From Octopus vulgaris (Eukaryota), in contig OX597828.1 in NCBI GenBank assembly GCA_951406725.2, positions 53,692,001-53,756,000 on the forward strand: DNA of 64,000 nt, in the 5' to 3' direction. The notes beneath the pieces are model-generated. The model was given only the letters and a program-made list of their open reading frames with translations. It had not been told where the DNA came from and made no database searches. The position numbers were made by a program, and so were the translations under genes. This document shows positions 28,501 through 41,029 of the stretch, piece after piece; position 1 is the stretch's first letter, and each line of letters opens with the position of its first letter.

Positions 28501-28632
28501 CTATACAACAAATGGTCTTGGGATAAGATATATTAAAAAGTAATGAAAGGGAGGTAATCAAGACGAACCAAGTAATTTCTCTAGATATATAGAATTTTTG
28601 CAATTATTTCATATTTATATAAATATATATAT

Positions 28633-29042
28633 ATATCCATTTCTATTAATATATAATCATAATTAGCTAGTAAATGGTGATTTGTTTTATTAATGAGTCG
28701 AATTAAAAGAATATGTTAGACATATTTACTAACTGTGGAGAAAAACTTAGTAAATATATCAGGAGTCAATAAGATATATTAAAAAGTAATGGAAGGGAGG
28801 TAATCAAGATTAACCAAGTAATTTCCCTAGATATATAGAATTTTTTTAAAATCCTATATAGGAGAATATAAAAAAAATAATTCTAATTTCATTATATTCA
28901 CTCCTGATATTGACTTCTGATATAAGTGCTAAAGTTTTGTTTTTCCACAGTTAGTAAATACATAAAATTTTCTTTTAATTCAACTCATTAATAAAATAAA
29001 TCACCATTTACTAGCTAATTATGATTATATATTAATAGAAAT

Positions 29043-29048
<6 letters not shown>
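28633..29048. mobile_element. fold-back/MITE-like element with ~135-150-bp inverted arms, in TA context
   Basis: ATATCCATTTCTATTAATATATAATCATAATTAGCTAGTAAATGGTGA... at the left is the reverse complement of the right end. The loop contains a 77-bp copy of the left flank. Confidence 0.75.
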
Positions 29049-29082
<34 letters not shown>

Positions 29083-29087
<5 letters not shown>

Positions 29088-29270
29088 TAATCCAAACAAG
29101 AAAACACAGAAAAAAAGAGAAAATAAACACAGCAACGCGAGGACGTGGAACAATTAAAGTATTATTGACGCTCAGGAAAGAAGGGAAGGAGGATTTAACG
29201 TTTCGAGCGGAGCTCTTCGTCGAAACAAGGAGAAGGAAAGATCCCAAGAAGGGAAGACAGAGGAAAAGAT
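29083..29270 (-). mobile_element. short Penelope-like element, family H2, with degenerate hammerhead (29193-29226)
   Basis: Reverse complement of 12795-13005 and adjacent to (TA)n. The core lacks one C. Confidence 0.65.
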
Positions 29271-30148
29271 ATTTATATAAATATTAAATGATTTCTATAT
29301 TTTCTATCCCTATATAAGATACGAATATTTATTGAAATCCTTTAGAAAATTATCGAAAGAATATTTACATAAATTTCTTAATATAGAATCTGGCTGTTAA
29401 ATGGTAAGGGACATTGAAAACCTCTAGAGCACTAGTAGTCTATGTTCCCCTACCCCTCTAACTTCAACCTACTAGCTTTTTGCTATAATAGATTCAAGTA
29501 TATCTAAACTGAATTCCTCAAAATGGGAATAGGTTTATGGTTTTGACATTTGTACTACCCCTTCCTATATCTATAAATAGAAAAAAATTCTTTGTCTCCA
29601 TCCAACCAAAAATAAAACTTCCCCACTGACAGATCTAAATAACAAGGTGAACGCAATGATAAAATCTACCGTCAGAGAGTGAATATACTACTATCATGTT
29701 CTTAAGAATGAAATCAACCTCTCTGTCTATATATCTACCCTCTTACCCTCTTTATAATGTTGGCAAATGAAATAGAGATAAGAATGTGCATTGTCCGTTT
29801 GATTGGAAAATTCTATAAGTGGCTGAAGATTGCTCGACATTTTAAAACTGATGTAATATTTACAGTGTTTAATAAAATGAAGTAGCATGAACCAATTGTA
29901 CTACTCTACCATGGATATACTTGTTGCTTATTTTGATTATATATATATATAATCTATTCCTTATTCTTGTATTCTCATCTTCTCCTTCTCATCTTCACGG
30001 CTTCCCTTATTTTATTAAACTTTCATCCGTCTTAAATTATTTAGACACAACATCCGAAAATAGATTTATTTATTTATTTTTGTGGTCGTGCTGATGGTCG
30101 TAAGGGGCATAGGTCGTAAGTCGAAGAGGTGTATATATTATATGTATT

Positions 30149-30210
<62 letters not shown>

Positions 30211-30240
30211 TGTGTGTGTGTATGTATTTGTATGTTTAAA

Positions 30241-30481
30241 CAATAATCCCTTGCCTTATCACGGTTCGCCTATTGCGGTTCACCTATCACGGTTTATTAT
30301 CTAAGCTTACATCGATTCCTCTGTGGTGCTGTTTTGCATTTACAATAAAATAAATATATACAAATTATAAAAATAATGAAAAAAAATATACAGCACAGTA
30401 CTGTTTCTATTTCGCGGATTTTCACCTATCGCGTGGATGTGGATGTGGAAAGTAACACCCGCGATAGTTGAGGCATTACTG
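30241..30481. mobile_element. Tigger/pogo-like MITE
   Basis: Ends CAATAATCCCTTG / GAGGCATTACTG|TA, with subterminal TATC(A/G)CGG repeats typical of Tigger-type non-autonomous elements. Confidence 0.55.
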
Positions 30482-31607
30482 TACATGAATTTATTCGTTG
30501 ACTCACACATACATGTATATATCTATGCATCTATCCATTAATTTATCTGTCAGTCTACTTCTCAACCATTCGACCAACCCACCACCCAGCCTTATCCATC
30601 TACCTACAAAGAGCCCCCCTCTCTCTTCTTCCAGCAGTAATAATTCTTCTCGATACGCCTCTCTTCTTCGTATAAATATCAGCTTAAGTCAAATAGCTTC
30701 ATTAGAATGCCCACCTCATTGTCACGTCACTTTATTTATTTAGCTAACTACAGATTTCTTTATAGTCACCCCTTTATTTAATGTCCTCTTTCCAACCCCC
30801 CTGCTCTCCCTTCACGTACATCCACCTCCCCCGCTTCTCAATCTATCCCTTATTCTCGTATTCTCCTTCTCACCTTCGAGACTTCCCTTATTCTATTATG
30901 CCTTCACCCCGTCTTAAGTTATTTAGACACAAACAAAAACGAACAACAGATCGTGTTGCTTTCTCCTCTTTATAATTCTTCCCATCACCACAACAGCCTC
31001 CTCTCTTCCTTATGCCTCTCTGTCTCTCTCTATCTTTATATATTTACACTCACACACACACCTGCCCCTCTCTCTCTCTCTCTCTCTATCTCTCTCTTCT
31101 CTTTCTTTCTGTTTCACTCTCTCGCTATTCTAATCTTTCTTCTTCTTTCATTTCTTTTCTTCACTTCCGTCAGTTCGCGTTCTTCTTTTCCGACATTTTG
31201 TTCTTCTACTTTTCTATTGTCGTATTTAACTCTCGCCTCCTCGAAAACCTCACCATCCCAGTTAAACCGCTTTCGCCCCTCTTATATATATATATATATT
31301 CTTTTCATTGTGATACCAAAATACCTCAGCCGCTCTCTAAAGTGATGTTAGATTTATATAAGATATAAGATCGAATCCGACTCAGGAGTAAACGATATAC
31401 AGTGTGTTCATTTGAGAACAAGGACCAATGTAAATACAACACAAGACACCTAACACGTAGCCACCGCCGACATGTTTTGCTCCCGGCCAAAGGAATGTCG
31501 TAAAGTGAATGGTTTTATGTGGATTATTGTGTGTGTGTGTGTGAGTGTACGACCGTTTGTGTCTGAGTTTCATTTTCTCGTAGCTGCCTTAACACTTTTG
31601 TGGAATC

Positions 31608-31694
<87 letters not shown>

Positions 31695-31741
31695 GTGTGT
31701 GTGTGTGTATGTGTATGTATATATGTATGTGTATATATATA

Positions 31742-31784
<43 letters not shown>

Positions 31785-31918
31785 CATATATATATGTGTG
31801 TGTGTGTATACATACATACATATAATATATATAAGTATATTTATATATATATATATGTATGTTTGTATATTTATGTTATTTATTAATGTGTGTGCATATA
31901 TACATATATATATATATG

Positions 31919-32014
<96 letters not shown>

Positions 32015-32735
32015 AATACGTTTGTATGATTGTGTCTGTTTTTATATACATATGTATGTAAGAATATTAGAGTGTTTCTCTGTGGTTTTGTTTGCTTCAG
32101 TATCTGCATATATGTGTGCGCGCGTGTGTGCGTGGATGGGGTAGGGGAATAGGCGTCAGCGGAAGTAGGTGTATGTGAGAGGGGGAAATGAATGCTGAGT
32201 AAAAACAAAATCCGAAAATAGGTGAAAGCGTCAAGCAGACACGCACCGCGTGGAAACATTAGACAAGATAAAGGTGGTCATTCGATCAGTAGTGAACATA
32301 GTTTAGTGTCATGGAGGAGGAGTAAGTAGGAAGAAGAGAGACTGACGAAGAGAGAGAACGACTGAGTCGGGAGAGGAAGCGAAAATGACAGAGGGAGAGG
32401 AAGAGGAGGTTGAGTACACTTGGGAGAATTTTAAGAAATATAACAGTGCAAGAAGAATTAGTGCATGTATGTGTGTGTTTGTGTTGGATGTATCGGAGGT
32501 CGAGTGAAAGCGCAGGTATGGCCAAAAGGTTGCGAAATTTTTATTAAAATCATGATGTTAAGGTTGGTCCATAATGTATGGCATCTCAAAGAGAGGGTTT
32601 AGTGTGTTCTACTATAAACCCTTTGTTCTATCCAAGCCATGTCAATGTGACTGTGTCTACGTAGGTTGACCTTCCTTTAAATGCGAAGCCCAACTCTTCT
32701 TCCTTATTGATCCTGGCCGAGGGCTATTTGGCAAA

Positions 32736-32970
32736 GGCGGCGAGCTGGCAGAAACTTTAGCACGCCGGGCGAAATGCTTAGCAGTATTTCGTCTGCCGTT
32801 ACGTTCTGGGTTCAAATTCCGCCGAGGTCGACTTTGCCTTTCATCTTTTCGGGGTCGATAAATTAAGTACCAGTTACGCACGCACTGGGGTCGATGTAAT
32901 CGACTTAACCTCTTTGTCTGTCCTTGTTTGTACCCTCTATGTTTAGCCCCTTGTGGGTAGTAAAGAAATA
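32736..32970 (+). mobile_element. SINE family B, full length
   Basis: GGCGGCGAGCTGGCAGAA head, GGTTCAAATTCC B-box, and ...CCCCTTGTGGGTAGTAAAGAAATA end. Confidence 0.88.
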
Positions 32971-33631
32971 TATATTTTACAGGCTAACCATATTTGTGGA
33001 ATATTCAGACACGTTATGATTCAGTGGGTAGTGGAAACGATAGGGGTGACATTGAAGGAGGAAGTACAGTTTAAAACTAATGTTGGCAAGGAAGGATCTC
33101 CCATCAATTCTACTGAATTCCCGTCAGTACAAATTTGGCCCTTTTACTCGCAACAGAAGAGATTTGAAGTAAAAAGGTATCATGGAATGGAAACCGTAAA
33201 AGGTTGACACTTATACACCAAGACATTGGGTAGCCCAGCGCTCCTATTTATCCGTCTGCGTAAAGTGTTTGCATTGTACAGAATGTTTAAGACACTGTGT
33301 GATCCGGCGTTCATGTTTATCTGTCGACGTAAAGGCTTGGCAGCAATTCGTTCGTCTTTACGTTCTGAGATCAAATTCCGCCGAAGTCGGCTTTGACTTT
33401 CATCCTTCTGGGATCAATGAAAGACGTACCGGTTGAGCAGTGGGGTCGATGTAATCGACTTAACGCCTCTCCCGAAATTGCTGGCCTTGTGCCAAAATTT
33501 GAAACTAGTATTAAGTCAATAACCGTCTGAATGTTGCTGTTTCTCTGCACCTCAGGCTAGAGACTTTAAAGAGATATTTATACGTAACCCAGAAATCCTG
33601 ACAGAACAATGGGTCAGAAACAGTCTAAAGT

Positions 33632-33867
33632 TGAAGGCGGCGAGCTGGCAGAATCGTTTGCACGCCGGGCGAAATGCTAAGCGGTATTTCGTCTACCGCT
33701 AAGTTCTGAGTTCAAATTCCGCCGAGGCCGACTTTGCCTTTCATCCTTTCGGGGTCGATAAATTAAGTACCAGTTACTCACTGGGGTCGATGTAATCGAC
33801 TTAATCCGTTTGTCTGCCCTTGTTTGTCCCCTCTGCGTGTAGCCCCTTGTGGGCAGTAAAGAAATAG
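33632..33867 (+). mobile_element. SINE family B, full length with perfect 15-bp TSD
   Basis: Direct repeat GAAACAGTCTAAAGT at 33617-33631 and 33868-33882. Confidence 0.92.
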
Positions 33868-34915
33868 GAAACAGTCTAAAGTAGATTACAAAACTGTAAC
33901 GATGAAGTCAACAATCAACTTCCGACTAGTTTCTGGTATGTAAATAACGTGATGTTCATAGGTTCCAATCTTATTCGGAGAGCAGACCATGGGACGAAAG
34001 GGTCTAAACCTGAAAATAATCCTTTGTTCTTTTTCCTTTTTCCAAAATTCCAACAATTCATAAAACTTAATCTCCGATTTTCATAGTGGTGAAAGGAATG
34101 AGAGAGAAATCTTCATCTGGAAGAGACAGTGGTCCATCGAGGGTAGCTATCTCCTTTGCCAAATATTGAACTTGTCACGGCAGGTCAAGAATAACTCGTC
34201 AAATAATCTTCCTTGGTAGCAACGAATTCTTTTTACTTTTTCGTAGCTAGTGATGATTAGTCTTACAGAGACGTTTCTAGAATTAAGTCTTTTGGCCACA
34301 GACGCAATGCAGAACTTGTGATACCTGTGAAGGTTTGTGATACCTGGGCACGTTATACGTATAAAACCATTTGGTGATTTTAATTTGAGTCGCTATTAGT
34401 TTCATGTCTCTGAAAATACAAGAGTCGTTACAAGCGTGTCGTATGTATGCGTGTGTATATGTATGCATGTATGTGTGCGTGTGTGTGGCGTGTATGTGTG
34501 TGTGTGTGTGTGTGTGTAGGTATGAATGTGTGCATGTATGAGGATAGGAAAGTGGACTACTGACCAAACGACACGAAGCAGTGAAGGGCATAGATGACAT
34601 TAAGAGAAAGGAGGGAGGGGAGTTAGAAAGGGAGTGAATTAGAGATAGTGATATTGAGTGGAAGAGAGGGGAGTAGGAAGAAGCGTGTGTAATGAAAATA
34701 GAAGGGAACGGTAAGAGAGAGAGAGATGGAAACTGGGAGAGTATATGATGCTGAGAAGTAAACAGAGAGAGTGAAGAGAAGTAGGAAGAGAGTAGAAGAG
34801 GTGGAGGTAAAATAAAAGAGAGATAAGAGAGATGAGAGAGCAAGGAGAGAAAGGAACAATGGCAGACAAGCAAACAGGCAGACAGACAGACAGATATAGA
34901 TGAAGTGATTGACTA

Positions 34916-34969
<54 letters not shown>

Positions 34970-35019
34970 ATGTCCGTAGATTAGCTACGTGCGTACGTAG
35001 ATAGATAGATAGATAGATG

Positions 35020-35054
<35 letters not shown>

Positions 35055-35099
35055 CGATAGATAGATAGATAGATCGATAGATAGATAGATATATATATC

Positions 35100-35134
<35 letters not shown>

Positions 35135-35138
35135 CGAT

Positions 35139-35222
<84 letters not shown>

Positions 35223-35317
35223 GGATGGATAGATAGATAGATAGGCGGACAGAACGGTAGGTAGGAAGTAGGTAGGTAGGTAGGTAGGTAGGCACGTACG
35301 TACGTATATAGAGAGGA

Positions 35318-35348
<31 letters not shown>

Positions 35349-35453
35349 AATAGATACATACATACATACATACATACATACATGCACAAATGCATGCATG
35401 CATACATACATAGACAGATAGACAAACAGATAAATTGCTATATATATATATAC

Positions 35454-35544
<91 letters not shown>

Positions 35545-36127
35545 GAGAGAGAAGGGGGAGAGAGAGTGAGTGAGAGAGATTAGATTAGATGGAAGAATAT
35601 TTTGGATGAAGGAATGAAGAATATGACCCATACACTAAATATTTATGAATTTGGCATGAAGCACGTGACACAATACCTTGCCTAAGGGATCAATCTTTCC
35701 TCCCCCACCCCTCCCGCCATCTCCATATTTTATTTGATTATTTATGTTTGTGCCGCAGTCACCGTCGCCGCCGCTCTTTCATTTGATCCCCGCACATTCC
35801 GCGCCACTGTGCCAGTCTCGTGGGGCGTGGCATATAAAGTGACTGTCCGCTTTAGTTTTGAAGTTTTGACGTCGAATGTTGCAAAATGTTGTTGCTGCTG
35901 TTGTTGTTGTTGTTGTTGTTGTTGTTTGTTTAGTTTTGATTATTTAGGGAAGTGGGGAGGGGGGAGTTGCAGGCATTTGTTTGTCTTACCTAATGTGTCT
36001 CTCTCTCTGCTCCACTCCTACACACACAACAACAACAACAACAACAGCAGCAAGAACAATAACTCGTACAATTACAAAACCCAAAAGCACCCGTACTAAA
36101 ATGAGTGCCTTTACCTGGTCGTGAAAC

Positions 36128-36300
36128 TTACTAGAAATAACAGCCAGATCTCCTTCATATCTCTCCCTATCGCCTTGAAGAAAAAAAAAACTGGACACAT
36201 TAGATAATGTAGTTCATGATATTATTGCATCAGTGGAATAGTCGTGGCTGGAATATCTTTGATCATCGCTATCTTCAGGCAGGTCTTATCTAGAACCAAG
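36128..36300 (+). repeat. old dispersed repeat (unclassified, SINE/LINE-tail-like)
   Basis: CTAGAAATAACAGCCA.ATCTCC...GGACACATT.GATAA...GGCTGGAAT..CTTTGATCAT. Diverged copies near 27360, 43095, 43375 and 63098 (+) and near 20070, 56450 and 57440 (-). Confidence 0.6.
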
Positions 36301-36328
36301 CACCAACATTAATAAAGACTCTCCTCAA

Positions 36329-36588
36329 GGCAACGAACTGGCAGAATCGTTAGCACACCGGGCGAAATGCTTAGCGGTATTTTGTCTGCCGTTACGTTCT
36401 GACTTCAAATTCCGCCGAGGTCGACTTTGCCTTTCATCCTTTCGGAGTCGATTAAATAAGTACCAGTTACGCACTGGAGTCGATGTAATCGACTTAATCC
36501 GTTTGTCTGTCCTTGTTTGTCCTCTCTGTGTTTATCCCCTTCCCCAAAAAAATTCCAGGCTTTGTGCCTATAGTAGAAAGGATTATTG
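36329..36588 (+). mobile_element. SINE family B with chimeric double 3' tail
   Basis: Family B head and body, then tail type 1 (GTTTGTCTGTCC...) joined to tail type 2 (CAGGC.TTGTGCCTATAGTAGAAAGGATT). Confidence 0.8.
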
Positions 36589-36616
36589 GTGGTGTTATCG
36601 TTGTTATTGTTGTAGT

Positions 36617-36948
36617 GGAGACGCATGACTCAGTAGTTAGAGCGTCGGGCTCACATTCATGAGGTAGTGAGTTCGAATCCCGGATCGGGCTGTGTGTTGT
36701 GTTCTTGAGCAAAACACCTTTATTTCACGTTGCTCCAGTTCACTCAGCAGTAGAAATGACTTGCAACATCACTGGTGCCAAGCAGTATCGGCCTTTGCCT
36801 TTCTCTTGGATAACATCGGTGGCGTTGAGAGGGGAAGCTGGTATGCATGGGCAACCGCTGGTCTTCCATAAACAACCTTTCCCGGACTTGTACCTCGGTG
36901 GGAAGCTTTCCGGGTGCAATCCCATGGTCATTCATGACCGAAGGGAGC
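36617..36948 (+). mobile_element. tRNA-derived SINE, family C-related
   Basis: GGAGACGCATGACTCAGTAGTTAGAGCG head, GAGTTCGAATCCC B-box, TTCTTGAGCAAAACAC body. Confidence 0.75.
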
Positions 36949-36954
36949 CTTTAT

Positions 36955-37340
36955 TATTCTTTTCTTCTCTAGGGACAAGGTCTGAAATTTTTTTTTTTGG
37001 GGGGGGGGGGCAGTTGATTAAATCAACCACAGTACGCAACTGGTACTTTATTCATCGACCCCGAAAGGATGAAAGGCAAAGTCGACCTCGGCGGAATTTG
37101 AACTCAGAACGTAGCGGCAGACGAAATACCTATTTCTTTACAACCCACAAGGGGCTAAACACAGAGAGGGCAAACAAGGACAGACAAACGGATTAAGTCG
37201 ATTATATAGACCCAGTGCGTAACTGGTACTTATTTAATCAACCCCGAAAGGATGAAAGGCAATGTCGACCTCGGTAGAATTTGAACTCAGAACGTAAGCA
37301 TTTCGCCCGGCGTGCTAACGTTTCTGCCAGCTCGCCGCCT
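36955..37340 (-). mobile_element. SINE family B tandem dimer
   Basis: A headed copy (37340 to ~37130) is followed directly by a headless copy with the alternative tail. Confidence 0.8.
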
Positions 37341-37704
37341 TATACGATGTATGTTTGTGTACATGTGCTTGTATACGTGTGCATGTGTGTGTGTTTGTCA
37401 CTGTATGTGACTGTGATTGTATGTGTATGTGCGTGCATGTATGTGTGTGTATGTAGCAGCACCAGCAACAGTAGCAGCAGCAGCAGCAGCTTTTCAGATA
37501 TGTGATCAATACACGAATGTAGGTCTTGGTCTTCTTAATATATATTTAATAACAAATATGTGGTATTGGTATTACTGCAGACATTCAATATCGTTGTACA
37601 TACATTTGTACATATACATACGAAAGTACATGCATAAATATATAAGTACATACGTATACATACGTAAGCATAAACGTACACACATAAATACACAAGAACG
37701 TGTA

Positions 37705-38180
37705 AGTGGTCTGATCAATAAGTATCCGGACTGTTGCTATAGTAACGAAGTTAAAGCACGGAAAGTGAAGCTGCTTGGTACAGATTGAACTTGGACTCTG
37801 TAGTGTATGTGCACTAAGTTTTAACGTTCTAGCTCACTTCCGTTGTTTACAGCAGTGTTTGGAAGGAAGGTGTGTAGCGTGTGATCGTCGCATTGACCAT
37901 GACAGAGAAAGTTGAGCGGAGAATCTGCAAATTTTGCCGAAAGCTTGGCGATACCTGTTTAGAGGTCTTCGCAAAGTTTTCAAAAAGTTTTCATCGTTCT
38001 CGACACAATCAAGGAGATCTTGAGTAACTGAAACCCGAGTGTTTTTTTCGTCAGCAGAAAGCAGTTTTGGCACAGACCTGGCAGACACGCGTCTCATACC
38101 TCAATTCTTCAGTGATAATGGACTGAACTGAACCGTAACTAATCTGCACATCCTCTGATAACTCACGGATGGTCATTCGC

Positions 38181-38182
<2 letters not shown>
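37705..38182. mobile_element. mariner remnant with internal inversion
   Basis: TIR-like TA|AGTGGTCTGATCAATAAGTATCCGGAC. The + strand reads MTEKVERRICKFCRKLGDTC from 37899. The - strand reads RRMTIRELSEDVQISYGSVQSIITEEL / RRVSARSVPKLL (WVPxxL motif). Confidence 0.8.
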
Positions 38183-38221
<39 letters not shown>

Positions 38222-38307
38222 TATTAGAGACAAAACCACTATTTTGCAAAACAAACAAGGAAAGACTTAATCAATACATAAAATTTTATAAATAGTCAAA
38301 AAAACCG

Positions 38308-38350
38308 CCACTACAATTGTTTCTTGTCTTGATCGACAATCTTCAGGTGG
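38308..38350 (-). ncRNA. minimal type I hammerhead ribozyme
   Basis: CCAC-CUGAAGA-UUGUC(GAUCAA)GACAA-GAAA-CAAUUG-UA-GUGG: canonical core, 4-bp stem I, 5-bp stem II, palindromic stem III, GUA triplet. Confidence 0.8.
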
Positions 38351-38397
38351 ACTTCCAATATATCAGTTTCATAATTTGAAACTGATATATTGGAAGT

Positions 38398-38440
38398 CCA
38401 CCTGAAGATTGTCGATCAAGACAAGAAATAATTGTAGTGG
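38398..38440 (+). ncRNA. minimal type I hammerhead ribozyme (mirror copy)
   Basis: Same motif with GAAAU in place of GAAAC, giving a U-G wobble in stem III. Confidence 0.7.
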
Positions 38441-38648
38441 CGGTTTTTTTGACTATTTATTAAAATTTTATGTATTGATTAAGTCTTTCCTTGTTTGTTT
38501 TGCAAAATAGTGGTTTTGTCTCTAATAATATTTTATAATATTTTACTATAAAATTGGATTTAATCCTAAATCTGATTTTTTCCCTGTAAATTTGGATTTA
38601 TTCCCTAATATTTATTATTTATATAATATTGATAATTTTGTATATTGA

Positions 38649-38690
<42 letters not shown>

Positions 38691-38709
38691 GTATGTATGT
38701 GTGTGTGTA

Positions 38710-39965
38710 CACGGGTTGGACAAAATAATGGAAACATCTTAAAATTTCAAACAAATTTATTTCAATATGGTGTAGGACCGCCTTTGGTAGTAATTACAGC
38801 TTGAATTCTACGAAGTATGGACTCGTACATAGTTTGGATTGTTTCCAAAGGAATTTTTGTCCATTCTTCAGCTAAATCAGTCTCCAGTTCTTGTAGTGAT
38901 GACGATGGAGGATATCGGGTTCTTACTTGTTTTTATAAATGTTCTATAATATTGAGATCGCGAGACTGTAGTGGCCAGATAAGATGTTTAACTTTACTAG
39001 AATGTTCCTTGTGCCATTCAGTAACAGCTTTAGCTGTGTGAATTGATGCATTTATCATCCTGGAAGATTGCGTTTTCCTCCGGAAACAGTTCCGCAACCA
39101 TAGGATGAATTTGGTCAGATAAAATGCTTAAATAGTCTTGACTATTAATTCTGCCATAAAGGAAAACCATTGGGCCGGTGGATTTCCAAGATATAGGCCC
39201 CCAGGCCATTACAGATCCTCCTCCATGTTTAACAGTTGGAAGAAGGCAGTCTGGGTCAAATGCTTCTTTTAGCTGTCTACACACGTATACTCGTCCGGTG
39301 GTCGGAAATAAGGTAAAGGATGACTCAACCGAAAAAATAACATTCTTCCACTGCTCTAGGGGTTAATTATGTTGGTTTTTACTCCACTCTAAATGCTTTG
39401 CAACATTTGCTTTTGAAAGTAGTGGTTTTCTGATTGCAGCCCTCCCGTGAAATCCGGCTTTGTGCAGATCCTGGCAAACAGTTTTTGTGAAAACTGGGTT
39501 TTCAAGGTGGTCATTAAGCTCTGCAGTAATTTGGGAAGCTGTACTTTTGTGATCCTTTCTAACAATTCGCGTAAGAGTCCAACAGTCCTTATCTGAAAAT
39601 TTTGGTTTTCTTCCGGAGTTTTATTTCGACGAGGAGGTTTTTCCCTCTTTCTCAAAGGCTGTCATTACTTTCGAGACAGTACTTCTTGATACCAAACATT
39701 TCAGCTGTTTTCGCTACGCTAGCGCCTGCCATACGAGCACCAACAATTTGACCTCTTTGAAAGTCCGAATAGATCGGTCATTTTAATGAATTTTAATTAT
39801 CTTTTTCTGATGATATCTGAAAAGAAACAGCAATATTAGCAAAACATATTAAGCAACACTAATAATAAATCAAAAAACATAAAAGAAGCTTTTGACGGTT
39901 TTATAGATATTTTAAAATTATGATGCTATGATGCTAGTTGTTTCCATTATTTTGTCCACCCCTTG
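38710..39965 (-). mobile_element. Tc1-like DNA transposon, both TIRs present, decayed
   Basis: 27-bp TIRs CACGGGTTGGACAAAATAATGGAAACA / TGTTTCCATTATTTTGTCCACCCCTTG (2 mismatches). TA on the left, CA on the right. Confidence 0.92.
38762..39781 (-). pseudogene. Tc1-family (DD34E-type) transposase pseudogene
   Basis: Frameshifted segments DFQRGQIVGARMAGAS, SGRKPK, KNVIFSVESSF, TVKHGGGSVMAWG, IFQDD, WPLQSRDLNIIEHL and GGPTPY*. Confidence 0.9.
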
Positions 39966-40577
39966 CATATACAAAGCTACATACATAGCTTCATACATAT
40001 TAACTTATCAACATATATAAACATATGATTTTTGTTATATCTCCACCTATATACGTAACGTACATATCGATTACCAATCCTAGAAATCAATATCCGCATT
40101 AATAATATATTACATAACACACTCACACACGCATATGAATATAAAAAAATATATATCTGAACATGTAGATGGGATGTATTTGTGTCAAATGAATCCTGCT
40201 AGTATATAATCGATGAAATTGTTCTCAGAATTTGTTCTAACACAACACAGCAGAGCATTTACCAAATGCATCCATCCCAATCAAAGGCTGGTGTTAACAA
40301 TATATGACAATTGAGAAATCTTATCTTTGAGATAAATAATGAATGACCAACCCATAATTCCCTGAATAAACTTGATATGACCAATAGCATCTATTAATTA
40401 TATAGCAAAGCATGAAGTTTGTCCAATTTACACAGGACACGCGATCACTGCGCTTTTACGTAGGTTAACAATGCACTTTGTGTTCAGAGCTGTTACAACA
40501 CATGTAATGTATATACAGAGACACATCACCATATATATATATATATATATATATACACTACCATATATAGAGTAACC

Positions 40578-40645
<68 letters not shown>

Positions 40646-40670
40646 TACCATATATAGAGAGACCCACTAT

Positions 40671-40692
<22 letters not shown>

Positions 40693-40701
<9 letters not shown>

Positions 40702-41029
40702 ATTAGAGACAAAACCACTATTTTGCAAAACAAACAAGGAAAGACTTAATCAATACATAAAATTTTAATAAAAGTCAAAAAAACCGCCACTACAATTGTT
40801 TCTTGTCCTGATCGACAATCTTCAGGTGGACTTCCAATAAGTCAGTTTCAAATTGTAGTGGCAGTTTTTTTGACTTTTTATTAAAATTTTATGTATTGAT
40901 TAAGTCTTTCCTTGTTTGTTTTGCAAAATAGTGGTTTTGTCTCTAATAATATTATATAATATTTTACTATAAAATTGGATTTAATCCTAAATCTGATTTT
41001 TTCCCTGTAAATTTGGATTTATTCCCTAA

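Larger units (their letters stand above)
38212..38650. mobile_element. palindromic Penelope-like element in (TA)n, hammerhead family H1, copy 1
   Basis: ~160-bp near-perfect inverted arms (38212-38371 and 38377-38537), a 5-nt spacer and an unpaired tail. (TA)n on both sides. Second copy at 40693. Confidence 0.8.

Noticed and set aside
32975-34300. Possible decayed LINE RT on the minus strand, interrupted by SINEs
   Set aside because: Only vague similarity by eye and no diagnostic RT motif. It needs a translated HMM search.
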